Numbered from the stretch's first letter, positions 40,740 to 53,184 are shown. The stretch: 64,000 nucleotides of DNA from Negaprion brevirostris (GCA_030324005.1 JARDVH010000059.1:68526273-68590272); one strand, 5' to 3'. Numbers and translations: made by a program. The notes: generated from the letters alone by a model not told the origin.

Positions 40740-42074
40740 TAAAAATGAAGGAACAGCAGTTGGCCACTCAACCCCTTAAACCAGTCAAATATATCTGACC
40801 TGTATCTTTCCAATGAGCTTTGTTGGTCCCATATCTCTTAATGTTCTACCTAACAAAAATCTATTGATCTGATTTTGACATTTTTAATCAAGCTAGTCTC
40901 AGTCTTTGGGAGAATGTCCCAAATATCCACTACACTTTATGTGAGGAAGTACTTTCTGGGTAGTGTAGCTCAAATCTGAAGGTTATGACACCTTGTTCTG
41001 GAATCATTTACTACTAGAAATCCACCCATCAAATCCTTTGAATCAGCAAAATCATCCCTTAATCTTCATAATCAAGGGAATGCAAGCCTTGTCTAAGAAA
41101 CCTGTCCTTAAAATTTAACTCTTCCAGCCCAAGTACTCGGACAAATCTGTGATGCACTCCCTCCAAGGTTAATATATATTTCACAAGGGACAGTGCCCAG
41201 AACTGAACACAATAGTCCATGAGGTCTGATCAAGACTTGGTACAACTGAAGCATAACTTCAGTTTGTACTCTTTGTATTTCAGCCCCATTAAGACACATG
41301 AAACGTTCCGTTGGCCTGATCACTTTTTATACCTGCATACCCAAATTCCTCTGCTGCTTGGTTTCTTATATTACCATTAAGAACATTTTCCACTTGTTTT
41401 TCTTGGATTCACTCAACATTTCCCCACATTGAATTTCATAGAATCATAAAATAATTACGGCATGAAAGGAGACATTCAACCCATTGTGTCCATGCTGTCC
41501 CTCAATGAGGAGAATTTAGTTCATCCCACTTCAATGCCTTTTCACCTCTAGCACTGCAAGGAAAGAAAAGAAAAGGAACACAGGAAACTGTAGGTCAGTT
41601 ATTTGAATGTTGAATGTCATTCTGAGAACATGCTGGAATCCATTATTAAGAAAGTAGTAGAAATCATAATACAATTTTACAGAGTCAACAAACAGGAAAT
41701 CATGTTTGACAAATTTAGAGTTCTTTAAGAATGTAACAATAAAGGGGATAAAAGAAGGAAACCAGTAAATGTGTATTTGTATTTCCAAAAATATTCAAGA
41801 AGCTGCCACATAGAAGGTTACTACACAAGAGCTGATGGTGTTGAAGCTAATATATTAGAACAGATAGGGGATTGGCTAGCTATCAGGAAACAACTGGTAT
41901 AAATGGGTCATTTTCAGGTTAACAAACTAGCTAGCGGGATGTGTCAGGGATTAATGCCTTGGCCCCAACTATTTACAATCTAGGTTAATGACTTGGAAGA
42001 AAGGACCAAGTGCATTTTAACCCAATTTACTGACAGGTAGGAAAGCAAGTTGTGAGGAAGATGCAGAGCCTGCA
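40740..42074. mobile_element. CR1 remnants (minus ~40740-41430, plus ~41560-42074)
   Basis: Minus EVMLQLYQVLIRPH; plus GNCRSV, KSCLTNL and the taggaaagcaagttgtgaggaagatgcagag motif shared with ~2878. Confidence 0.75.
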
Positions 42075-42965
42075 NNNNNNNNNNNNNNNNNNNNNNNNNN
42101 NNNNNNNNNNNNNNNNNNNNNNNNNNNNNNNNNNNNNNNNNNNNNNNNNNNNNNNNNNNNNNNNNNNNNNNNNNNNNNNNNNNNNNNNNNNNNNNNNNNN
42201 NNNNNNNNNNNNNNNNNNNNNNNNNNNNNNNNNNNNNNNNNNNNNNNNNNNNNNNNNNNNNNNNNNNNNNNNNNNNNNNNNNNNNNNNNNNNNNNNNNNN
42301 NNNNNNNNNNNNNNNNNNNNNNNNNNNNNNNNNNNNNNNNNNNNNNNNNNNNNNNNNNNNNNNNNNNNNNNNNNNNNNNNNNNNNNNNNNNNNNNNNNNN
42401 NNNNNNNNNNNNNNNNNNNNNNNNNNNNNNNNNNNNNNNNNNNNNNNNNNNNNNNNNNNNNNNNNNNNNNNNNNNNNNNNNNNNNNNNNNNNNNNNNNNN
42501 NNNNNNNNNNNNNNNNNNNNNNNNNNNNNNNNNNNNNNNNNNNNNNNNNNNNNNNNNNNNNNNNNNNNNNNNNNNNNNNNNNNNNNNNNNNNNNNNNNNN
42601 NNNNNNNNNNNNNNNNNNNNNNNNNNNNNNNNNNNNNNNNNNNNNNNNNNNNNNNNNNNNNNNNNNNNNNNNNNNNNNNNNNNNNNNNNNNNNNNNNNNN
42701 NNNNNNNNNNNNNNNNNNNNNNNNNNNNNNNNNNNNNNNNNNNNNNNNNNNNNNNNNNNNNNNNNNNNNNNNNNNNNNNNNNNNNNNNNNNNNNNNNNNN
42801 NNNNNNNNNNNNNNNNNNNNNNNNNNNNNNNNNNNNNNNNNNNNNNNNNNNNNNNNNNNNNNNNNNNNNNNNNNNNNNNNNNNNNNNNNNNNNNNNNNNN
42901 NNNNNNNNNNNNNNNNNNNNNNNNNNNNNNNNNNNNNNNNNNNNNNNNNNNNNNNNNNNNNNNNA

Positions 42966-43040
42966 GCGCTCCGAAAGCTAGCGGCTTTTCTATCAAATAA
43001 ACCTGTTGGATTTTAACCTGGTGATGTGAGACTTCTTACA
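42966..43040 (+). mobile_element. Penelope pLTR end with the 3' half of a hammerhead motif, at a gap edge
   Basis: agcgctccGAAAgctagcgg...aaataaacctgttggattttaacctggtgatgtgagacttctt. Confidence 0.65.
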
Positions 43041-43212
43041 CGATTTATTGTCACATGTATTAGTATACAGTGAAAAGTATTGTTTCTCGTGCACCACACA
43101 AAGCATACTGTTCATAGGGAAGGAAAGGAGTGTGTGCAGAATGTAGTGTTACAATCATAGTAAAGATCAACGTAATGCGAGGTACATCCATTCAAAAGTC
43201 TGATGGCAGCAC
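43040..43212 (-). mobile_element. Rex/Babar LINE 3' UTR fragment
   Basis: Reverse complement of the ~53430-53600 tail. Confidence 0.75.
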
Positions 43213-43419
43213 TGAATGGCTAAGCAGCTCAAGGGAGGCGAGTGACTCACTCTTGCTCCTATTCTTACGCTCTTATGGTAATAGTGTGAGCACTAGGCTG
43301 GCACTTCCAGTAGCTGCAAATCTAAAGAGATGCAGAAATAGACATGGGAAGACAGGAGACAAATGAGAATTGGCAAGAAAAAAAAAAGGAAAGCATCAAC
43401 AAAGCTGGCAAGTCAAAAT

Positions 43420-45365
43420 CTCCAAATTGCACAAAAACATGGAATTATTGTGAACTGTGAAGAAGGTATTAAACCTTAACAGGATATACGCTGGTGGAAT
43501 AGGCAAACAAGTGGCAGAATAAATTTAATGCAGAGAAGTGCAAAAAGATTCATTTTGATAGCAAAAATAAGGAAAGGTGATATAAAGGGGTCCATTCTAA
43601 AAGGAGATGCAGGAACCAGAAGGACCAGGAATAAATATGCACGAATCATTGTAAGTGGTAAGACAGGTTGAGAATATAGTTAAGAAAACATGAGGGATTG
43701 TGGGCTTTATAAAGAAAGTATAAAAACATGAAATTTATGTTAAACTGTATAAAACGGTGGTTCTGCCTCAATTACTGGAGTATTGTATCCCGTTTTGAGT
43801 ATCACACTTTAGGAAGGATGCAAAGACATTTGAGAGGATGCAAAGGATTCAGGAGGATGGTTCTCAGGATGAGGAATTTTCATTGCAGGGAAAGATTGGA
43901 AAGGAACATTAAGAGGAGATTTGATGAAGGTGTTGAAAATCATGAGGTCTGTGGACAGAGTAGATGAAGAGAAGCAATGTTCCTATTGGCAAAAGGATCC
44001 AAAACCAGAGGACACCAATTTTAGGAGATTGAAAGAAAACAAAAACAACACAAGATAAAACTTATTTTTAAACGCAGCAAGTGCTTAAGATTTGGAATGT
44101 ACTGCCTGAGAAAATGATGGGAGACAGGTTCAAAGAAAGCCTTCAAAACAGAATTTGATAATTTTGTGACAAGTCTGAGGGAGGTCATTAACTTTTAAAA
44201 ATAATTCAAACTCAGTTATTGGTCAAAAAAAATTACACCACATGGTTTCATATTTTAAACAAACTTTACTATATAGAGTTAAGCAAAGCAAGTACTAATT
44301 TAACATTTTCATAAACATTTCTACTTACAGCCAAAAATTTCTCAATAGGACACTCCTTGTTCAATTTTTATTTACACCAGAATTCCCCTATAAATTACTG
44401 GATCTTGAGGGTTCCTTCACTTCCCCTGAAAATAAACCAAATTGTGCTACAGCTTTCGCAAATTCACTTGGGTTCAATTCAGCATTCCCACTATTCTCCA
44501 AGCCAACAAGATTTCTTGAGTTCTTCCACCAACATTGGGCTAGGCAACCCTGCAACTCTATGTACCTCACAACTGACCCCAGCTCAAGCATGGGCTACAC
44601 CCATTTCTTTGCCAATGACTCCAAAATCAGAAAAAAAAAATAATCGATCAGATAACCCTTTTCTTTTGGTCAAAAGCTTCTTTACAGATTTTGGCAGCTT
44701 TCTCTCTCTGCCTACTTCCAAGCTGTCCCAGCTCCAGACATAAACTGCCTACTTCATAGCTGCTCCCAGGCTAACAGATTGTATGACAAAACACACAGAC
44801 CCCAAATCAAAACAGGCCTCCCTGCCATCTATTCTCATGGCGTTAAAGCTCACGAAGGAAATCCCAGACAGAGACAAACTCATTAAATTCCTGCTTTAAA
44901 TCTGCCTTTTGATCTGAAAAGTATATGGATATATGTTATGATCTTGTTTACCCCACTGCTTTCAAACATTTTAAATCTGGGATCTACTGGAATAATTTAA
45001 ACCCCTTAAGGAGATAACTGTAGACATATCGTCTGTACCAAGACCCTCAAAAAAAAAGGGCCATCTATTGTTTACTGCTTTCCCATTTCTTGCTCTGGCC
45101 TTAATAAAAACAGGCTACCCTTTGAATCGTAATTGCGTTAGGTCTGTTTGCCAACCTCTCACCAAGAGCTTTCACTTTCTTACACTTAATTTCAATCCAC
45201 ACTTTAAATGTGTAATCCTAAAACATAATGCATTATGAAATTAAACAATTGCACAACAAATATCTGGAGAGAAAAATATTGCAGGGTAGTGCAATCAAGT
45301 GGGTTGCTCTGGCAGAAAGCCATCATGGGCAAGAAAGGCTGAATGTCCTTCTGTGCTGTAACAAT
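43420..45365 (+). mobile_element. CR1 3' portion split by a solo LTR
   Basis: CR1 ORF2 end runs to gaatttgat at ~44159 and resumes at ~45259 with the 3' UTR (ggctgaatgtccttctgtgctgtaa). Confidence 0.75.
44165..45258. mobile_element. Solo LTR (~1.09 kb)
   Basis: Ends TGTGACA...CACAACA; flanks aattt/aatat (5-bp TSD with one mismatch); interrupts a CR1 cleanly. Confidence 0.7.
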
Positions 45366-45504
45366 TTAAATGTTGCATATACAGAGCAAATGTAAAAAGA
45401 GCTGCAAAGGAACAGAATATCCGGAAATCATAGTATTAATGATATAAAAAGTAAATAGAGCTGACGGTCTATGAAGATATTTTTACCAAAGTAATCTCAA
45501 AAAC

Positions 45505-46240
45505 AGATCTACAACAAATATTTATACAGCCTCTTTAATGTAATAAGCTGCCCTAAAACACTTCACAGCAGCATTGTAAAACAAAGTATAATACCGAGCC
45601 ATATAACAAGATATTAAGTCAGACGATCAAAGTAAACTTTAAGAAGTGTTTTAAAGGAGGAAAAGTGTAAGAAAGGAAAAGTCAGGTAGTGAGTTGGAAA
45701 ATTGTAGAGAGAAATCTAGAGCCTATGTATTTAGACATAGCCACCAACAGTTGACAATTAAAATCAGAGACTAATTTGAAGAGTGCAAGTACCTCAGAGG
45801 AAATTAATGAGGCAGGGAGGATCGAGACCATGGAGAGATTGGAAAACAGTGGAAATTTTAAAAATTAAAACATATCTTGACCAGGAGCCAACAGGATGGG
45901 ACTTGGTACTAGTTAAAGGCAGCAGAGTTTTGGATGACCTTAAGTTTACTTACACTGGACTGTGGGAAGCCTGCCAGGAATAGTCAACTCTGGAGGTAAC
46001 AAAAGCACCAATGAGTGTTTCAGTGGCAAGCAACTAGAGACAGTGATGAAGTCAAGTAATGTTACAGAGGTGGAAATAGACAATTGTACAGTGGCCCAAA
46101 CAGGATACAAGTTCAGGGTTAAGTAAGTGTGAACAGACCCAGCTTAATTTCAACTTACTGGCAGGGAGAGAAATGAAGCCGGTAGCTAGAGAATGAGGTT
46201 TGCAGCATGGACTAGAAGCAATGGTGTTGTTCCTCACCAT
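45505..46240 (-). mobile_element. L2-like LINE 3' remnant
   Basis: Tail acaacaaatatttatacagcctctttaatg...cacttcacag; similar copy at ~47040-47230. Confidence 0.55.
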
Positions 46241-47489
46241 TTAGGGAATACCTTATTAAGATGGTACCAAAGATCATGGGATTTGCTTATGAGACACTAG
46301 AGAAACTGGCATTCCTTCCATTGTGATAGTTAACGGATGATCTTGTCGGTGTTCACTGTGCAGTAAACAGAGGGGAGGGGGGAATGAATTCTGCTGGTCA
46401 GTGACTTTATAATTAGAAGATGCAAATCATTTAGTTATGCTTAGTCTCTAAATCCCCATGCTTNNNNNNNNNNNNNNNNNNNNNNNNNNNNNNNNNNNNN
46501 NNNNNNNNNNNNNNNNACATGAAAAAGCAAGGTGTTAACTAGCAGCTAAGTACTAAATAGCAGGTGACCACCACCTGGTACCTTTACATAATGTTGCCAC
46601 TCCACCCGACACCAATTTACTCATCCCCATTAATGTCGTTCATTAGTCCCCACTGACATTCACACTTCCCCACTACTAAAAAAGGACTTCAAATTTCTGT
46701 CTTACCATCTAATTAAGAAACAAAATCAATGGCGTTACATGGTCCCCACACATTTTACACTTGGTATATTCTCTCAATTGCAGCTGGTGTGCAAGGTGTA
46801 AAACACATTGGTGTTAAAGATTTGCACTGCAATTAATAAAGTAGATATTATCGCCCAGCAATTTATAAAGCCAGTGGGGCAAAATGTCTGGGAATGGTGG
46901 TGGCAGAAGCTACAATTCCACAGTGAAAGTTTTGCAACGAGTTATATGGATGCAAAAATCAGAGTTCAAAGAAACAGATAGGAGATGGGAAGGGATAAAC
47001 ATAGCAAGTTCCTCCAGGTAGTTTGAGCACTGGGCAACAGCAGCAACTTATATGACACTTTTAACATTATAAAATGCCTCAAGATGCTTCACAGGTGCAT
47101 TATAAAACACACCAAACCACATCAGGAAAGAGGACGACAAATGTCCAAATGTTTGGTCAAACAGGAGCAGTTTAAAAGGAGGAAAGCCAATTAGAGAGTG
47201 GAGAGATAATTCCAGAGCTTGGGCCCAGGTTCAATAAACATTCATATTATGCCACACACCATATCGAGTTGGTGGGAAGACATACAAGCCAATTCTCCAC
47301 ACTGTGTATACGTGCATGGATTAATTTTCTGTCCCTTGAAGTGACAACTCTGGTTCAAAGGCAGTCCAGGGAGCTTTGATCACATGACTACCTGGCTCCA
47401 TGACGACATCTGCATGGTCCCGTGCAGCTCAGTATCTTTGCTTGTGATTGTGCAACAGCAGCTTTTTATATACATTGATCTTTGCTCAT

Positions 47490-48360
47490 CAGTCGTGGGC
47501 ATCACCAGCTAGGTCAGCATTTATTGGCCATCCTGAATTGCCCTTGAGAATTTGGCAGTGAGCCACTTACTTGAACCACTGCTGTCCATGTGGTGTAGGT
47601 ACTCCCACTATGCTGTCAGTGAAGGAGTTCCAAGATTTTGACCTAGCAACATGGAAGGAACTAAGATATAATTCCAAGTCAGTATGGTGTATGGTTTGGA
47701 GGGAAATTNNNNNNNNNNGGTGATGGTATTCCCGTGTACCTGCTGTCCTTGTAGGTGGCAGAGGTTGTGGATTTGTAAAGTACTGGTGAGTTGCTGCAGT
47801 GCATCTTACTGATGGTATACACTGCTGCCACATGTGTCAATAACAGAGGGAGCAAATATTTTAAGATGGTGGATAGGGTGCCAATTAAACAGACCACTTT
47901 GTCTTGGAAAGCACTAAGCTTCTTGAACATTGTTGGGGCTGCACTCACCTAGGCAAGCAGAGAGTATTCCATCAAATTCCTGACATGTAAATGGTGGATA
48001 AGCTTCAGGAATTCAGGAGATGAATTACTCATTGCAAATTTCCAGCTCCTATCTGCTCTTGCAGCCAGAGTAGTTGTGGCTGATCAAAAATAGCCCCCTC
48101 AACAATCATGTTACTGCAGGATTCAGCAATGGTAATGCCATGTAAAGATGGTTAAATTCTCTGTTGTGGAAATGGTCATTGCCTGACACTTGTATGGTTA
48201 CGTGCCAGTTATCAGCCCAAGCTTGAATGTTGTCCTCATCTTGTTGCATGCAGGCACAAACTGCTTCATCATCTGAGGTGTTGCAAATGGTGCTGAACAC
48301 TATGCAATCAGTGAACATCACTACTTATGATGGAGGAAGGTAATTAATAATGCAACTGAT
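47490..48360 (-). mobile_element. Non-LTR retrotransposon (CR1/L2 group) 3' portion
   Basis: Minus frames MFTDC.VF...MQQDEDNIQAWADNW and YTISKMHCSNSP; related copies at 17270-17416 (+), 49790-50050 and 55500-55800. Confidence 0.75.
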
Positions 48361-49039
48361 AGTCGGGTGAAGAATTTGAAAGAATCCCATGGTCTAACAT
48401 CACACAGTTCACCTTCCCCTGACAGTTTTTCTCATCAACTGTCTTGGTCTCCTTGTTCCTCATTTGTCCATCAACGGGAACAGTCTTTTGCAATATACCC
48501 GAGGTGAATTATTACAATACCCATAGTAAATCCACAGGTTTCACCCAATACTTTACGGTTTCCTTCCTCAAGTTGTTGTTGCTCCTAGCTTTGCAGCTGC
48601 ATCCTGCACTTTACCCAACTTTGCCCTAATGCCAGCTTTCAGGGTTTTGCACACATTATACTTGCTGATCACCCTGCATCATGCCAAAATTACTTCACTT
48701 ACCAAAATACAATTTAACCCATCTATAAAGAGCTTTCACTTGATTTAAAATGTCCATTAAATCTTTTCCATCAGAGGACTCAACGTAAGAAGCCAAAGGC
48801 ACCATTACCAAACACCATTAACCAAACAGCTGTACACATGCAGGTTGTACCTCTTAAAGTGAGTCTCTCTCAAGTGGGGGCCTCCAATGGAAAATACTGA
48901 GAATGCAAACTCGCATACAACCATTGTTAGGACACTGAAGTCTAAGGAGCCACTGTCATGTGCATTTAACAAGCAAAGATTCTGCTTAAATAAACCAAGA
49001 ACTGTTGCAGAAATACAAAACCAAAACACTGGATACTGG

Positions 49040-49166
49040 GGCCTGAATTTTACCACCCCACCCGTCACAGGAATCGGAGCGTGCAAGAGGCGGACAATGG
49101 GAAGGTCTATTGACCTTGGCTGGGGTTTTACAGTTTCAGGGCAGGCAAGGCCATAAAATCCCACCC
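49040..49166. mobile_element. Short MITE, PIF/Harbinger-like
   Basis: TIRs ggcctgaatttta / taaaatcccaccc with 3-bp direct repeat TGG on both sides. Confidence 0.65.
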
Positions 49167-49174
49167 TGGAAGTC

Positions 49175-49770
49175 TGAAGTACAAACAGAAAATGCTGGGA
49201 ACATTCAGAATGTCAGGTGAAATCTGTGGAGAGAAGGAGAAACCGAGTTACCATTTCAGATCTGTAACTTTAATCAGAACTGAGAAAAATTGGAAATGCA
49301 ACATGTTTTAAGCAAGTGAAAAGGTGGGGATGAGGAGGAAGAAAAAAAAATCACAAAGGGAATGTATGCGATAGGATGGAAAACAGGAGCGGTCCATTAA
49401 CAAAACGATTGATGGTCCAAGGCCGAAGGGAATGATAAGAAGCCAAATAAAGAATCAAAAGGTATCTAGAGGTGGTGTGAATGGCAGAATAGTGAACAGT
49501 TGTCCTCAAAAAAAGAGAAAACCAAAACCAAAGAGAAAGGAAACAAAATGGAAACATAGGCTACAGGTTGAAACTATTGAACTCAGACAGTGTAAGGTGC
49601 CCAAGTTAAAACAGGAGGGTGACGTTGACCTTCATTGGAACAGTGCAGGAAGTTGGGGATGGAAAGGTCAGAGTGGGAGCAAGATTGAGAATTAAAATGA
49701 CAGGCAGCTTGTAGGCTGAACAGAAGTCCTCTCCAAAGTGGTCATCCAATCTGCATTTGTTTCCTAAAGA
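49175..49770 (-). mobile_element. Penelope-like element 3' remnant
   Basis: Reverse terminal repeat (acagaaaatgctgg...atctgtggagag), purine-rich UTR and decayed endonuclease-region sequence. Confidence 0.6.
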
Positions 49771-50114
49771 AAAAGAGACTGCAACTGTACACTGGTGGTG
49801 AAATGAGTGAATGTTGTGGATGGGGTGCCACTGAAGCAAGCTGCTTTGTCTTAGATTATTTTGAAAATCTTGAATATTGTTTGAGTGCAGCTTCAACAAG
49901 CAAGTGGAGCATTTTCCATTACACCCCTGACATGTGTGTTGTAATTGATGGATAGGCGTTGGGGAGTCAGTAGGTGAATTTCTGTAGCCACAATATTTAT
50001 ATAGCTAATCTAGTTGAGGTTCTGGTCAATGGTAACCCGCAGGATGTTGATCCACAGTAGTTTTCCGGAGGCCAATCAAAAAACACTTCATTGATTCAGC
50101 AAACATCTTTAATT

Positions 50115-50224
50115 TCTTCTTAAATTCTTATGGGATGGGAATGTCACTGGCTGAGCCAACATTTATTGCCAATCCCTGAAGGCATTTAAGAGTCAACCAA
50201 ATTGCTGGGATCTGGACTCACATG
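50115..50224 (-). mobile_element. 3' part of a split SINE
   Basis: tgggatgggaatgtcactggctgagccaacatttattgcc...ttaagagtcaacc...ctggactcacatg, then similarity stops abruptly. Confidence 0.65.
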
Positions 50225-50433
50225 CAACAGATTCAGGAGTGCAACAATAGAGAGTCAGCAGCATTGAGGTTGTCATCAATAGGTGGGAGGGAAGTTCTGA
50301 AAAGAAACTTTCCTCTCCCTGCCTCTTTGGACAGATCAAAGTATTTTTTTTTACAAATTTGCCCTTGTAACATAAGCTGTGGCACGTTTCTTTGATCCTA
50401 CCCTTTTCCTTTCATTTCTCTTTTTTTCCCCAG

Positions 50434-50553
50434 ATGATAATTGAGCCCACCAGTCAGAAGCTGCTGCCAGACCCCCTTAAAGAGCCATATTACCAGCCAC
50501 CATACACCGTTGTGTTAGAGCTAACAGATGTGTTGCTGCACCCAGAGTGGTCG
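50434..50553 (+). CDS. TIMM50: Isolated internal coding exon of mitochondrial import inner membrane translocase subunit TIM50 (possibly a non-functional duplicated fragment)
   Basis: Long polypyrimidine tract ...tttttttccccag|ATG...TGG TCG|gtaagt; 120 nt, phase 0/0. It encodes [40 protein letters not shown] versus recalled human [40 protein letters not shown]. Confidence 0.92.
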
Positions 50554-50773
50554 GTAAGTCTCTCAACTCCTGGTCGTACAGCATCTCGCGGCAACACTCG
50601 CCACAGGGAATGCTTCTGCAACAAGTGAACCACTTTGGCAAGATTACCTCAGAGGAGGAGGAAAGTCTGCGGAAAAGGCTTTCTGTTCAAAAGATTTTTT
50701 TAAAAGAAAAGCAAACTTTTTCAAAATGTTCATCTTCAAGTTATCATCTTGTCATTTGTCCAATTAGAGCGTT

Positions 50774-51403
50774 GAACATACAGCACAGGAACAGGCCCTT
50801 CAGCCCACGATGTTGTGCTGAACATGATGCCAACTAATTAAACTAATCCCTTCTGCCTGCTCTTGGTCCATATCCCTCTATTCCTCACATATTCATGTGC
50901 TTATCTAAAAGCCCCTTCAACGCCCCTATTGTATCTGCCTCCACCACCATCCCTGGCAGTGAGTTTCAGACACCTACCACCCTCTGTGCAAAAAATCTTG
51001 CCCTTCACGTCATTGCCTTTGAACTTTGCCCCTCTCACCTTAAATGCCGTATTAGACATTTCAACTCTGGGAAAAAGATTCTGACTGTCAACCCTATCTA
51101 CGCCTCTGATAATTTTATACATTTCTATCAGGTCTCCTCTCAGTCTCCGCCGCTCCAGAGAAAACAACCCTGGTTTGTCCAGCCTCTCCTTATGGTTCAT
51201 ACCCTCCAATCCAGGCAGCATCCTTGTAAACCTCTTTTGCACCCTCTCCAAAGTCCTCCATATCCTTCCTGTAATGTGGCGACCAGAATCAAAGCTAACC
51301 TTAGTTTTATAAAGTTGCAACACGGAATCCTTATTCTTGTACTCAGTGCCGCAGCCAATGAGGCAAGCGTGCCATACGCCTTCTTTACCACCCTACACTC
51401 CAC
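50774..51403 (-). mobile_element. CR1 (HER1-like) LINE 3' end
   Basis: Minus ORF LERVQKRFTRMLPGLEGMNHKERLDKPGLFSLERRRLRGDLIEMYKIIRG; tail gaacatacagcacaggaacaggcccttcagccc. Confidence 0.9.
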
Positions 51404-51639
51404 CTAATGCAGGCCGAGAGTATTGGCTTTAATTTTTGGAGCAAGGTTTATACCTGGGACCTCAGGCATGAGTCCAGCTGCTGACCAAAGATTGTAAAAG
51501 CCTCTGAGGAAAAGCTGTTGTTACTTTTCATATCGCTAATGCCCTGTATGTCAAACTCAATTTGAGAAAAGCAAACTTTAAATTGCAAAGTTAGCAAATA
51601 ACCAATAGAGGAATGGAAAATGAGATTTCTTATTAAAGA

Positions 51640-51766
51640 CACCATGGCACAACAGTTAGCGCTGCTGCCTCACAGCACCAGTGACTCAGGTTCAATTCCA
51701 ATTTTCAGTCACTATTTGCGCGGAGTCTGCATGTTCTCCCTGTGTCTGCGTGGGTTTCCCCCGGGT
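51640..51766 (+). mobile_element. HE1-like SINE 5' half
   Basis: gttagcgctgctgcctcacagcacc...ggttcaattcc...catgttctccctgtgtctgcgtgggtttcc. Confidence 0.8.
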
Positions 51767-51769
51767 GAG

Positions 51770-52304
51770 TTTAGGAGTTGCAGCTATATAGGAACCTGGT
51801 CAGACCGCACATGGGTACTGTGCTCAGTTCTGGTTGCCTCATTACAGGAAGGATGTGGAAGCCATAGAAAGGATGCAGAGGAGATTTACAAGGATGTTGC
51901 CTGGATTAGGTGGCATGCCTTATGAGGATNNNNNNNNNNNNNNNNNNNNNNNNNNNNNNNNNNNNNNNNNNNNNNNNNNNNNNNNNNNNNNNNNNNNNNN
52001 NNNNNNNNNNNNNNNNNNNNNNNNNNNNNCACAATTCCCCACGTCTGTCCCTGAGAGGACCGATTTTACCCCTAGCCACCCTTTTGTTCTTAAGATAGGA
52101 GTAAAATGCCTTTGGATTCTCCTTAACCCAACCTGCCAAAGCCATCTCATGCCCCCTCTTCGCTCTCCTAACTCCCCGTTTGAGATCCCTCCTACTCTCC
52201 CTGTATTCCTCCAACGCTCTCTCTGTTCCCAGCTGCTTAGACCTGACATACGCCTCTCGTTTCTTCGTAACCAGGTCTTCTATATCTCTAGTAGTCCACG
52301 GATC
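51770..52304. mobile_element. Two CR1 fragments converging on a gap (plus 51770-51929, minus 52030-52304)
   Basis: Plus PHYRKDVEAIERMQRRFTRMLPGL; minus EEYRESRRDLKRGVRRAKRGHEMALAGWVKENPKAFYSY. Confidence 0.85.
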
Positions 52305-52306
52305 AC

Positions 52307-52482
52307 AATCAGATGGATTTTTATGACAATTGACAATGATTTTATGATCATCATTAGATTTTTAATTCCTGGTTTTTACTGAATTCAAATTTCACTCTCA
52401 GGTTGGGGTTCAAACCCAGATCCCCAGATAATTACACTAGGTCTCTGTTACTAGTCCAGCGATAATACCACTATGCCACTGC
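52307..52482 (-). mobile_element. 5' part of the split SINE
   Basis: aatcagatggatttttatgacaattgac...gaattcaaattt...ggggttcaaacccagatcccc...ttactagtccagcgataataccactatgccac (reverse tRNA-like head). Confidence 0.7.
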
Positions 52483-53184
52483 ATTTCCATATCTCTTTCT
52501 TGTGCATGATGCAGCATCTATAGTTCCTTGTCATAGCATAATCTCTGCTGGCATTTTCAGAGTGATGACGCAACCATTTTCCCCCTAAATGTTTTATGTA
52601 AAATGTCACAATTCGAAAATTTTCATTGAGTTCTTTAAGTAAGAGAGTTTGAATAATGCTGAAGTTCAAGATAAGAATGCTGTAGACTTACTTAGAAAAT
52701 GGCTACAAATTTCAATGTTCTTTGGTTTATTCACATTTACAGAATATAGCAAATGATTTGAACGAACAGATGAAAAAAATTCTGACTGATGACGGTACCA
52801 TTGCAATTCTTTTCCAACCAAGCTAAAAAGCACAAAGCATATATTGACTGAGTTGCAAATCTCAATTAACAAGGGTTTTTAAAAAAATTAGACAATGTAT
52901 AATTAATGCCGTTGTTTTATGAAACAGATGTTGTAATTGTCATTACTAGTAGAGGCAATTCAGAGTGCTCCTAGTTGTACAACTTTAATCAGTGACTTAG
53001 CAACTAAATGATTCACTGTAGGATTCTGCCAATAGTTCAATGTGTTTATCTAGTGAATACTAAACAGGCAGTCAGGATGGTGCCAGTTAGTATTTCAGCC
53101 CTGGGTTAGAAAAGAAACAAATTGTCCAGAACCATCACTCATTACTGCTGATCAGTAAATCTGCTGAACACATACATATTCTTT

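Noticed and set aside
41980-42996. Longest ORFs in the track (338 and 309 aa; likewise 17283-17936, 40056-40494, 55801-56284)
   Set aside because: Almost entirely N-gap translated as X; artefacts.
50392-50628. 78-aa ORF read as a stand-alone small gene
   Set aside because: Only 50434-50553 is TIMM50-like; the flanks are a polypyrimidine tract and donor-side intron.
50901-51323. 140-aa RT-like ORF as an active retrotransposon gene
   Set aside because: 5'-truncated, frameshifted CR1 3' fragment; no intact ORF2 is visible anywhere in the window.
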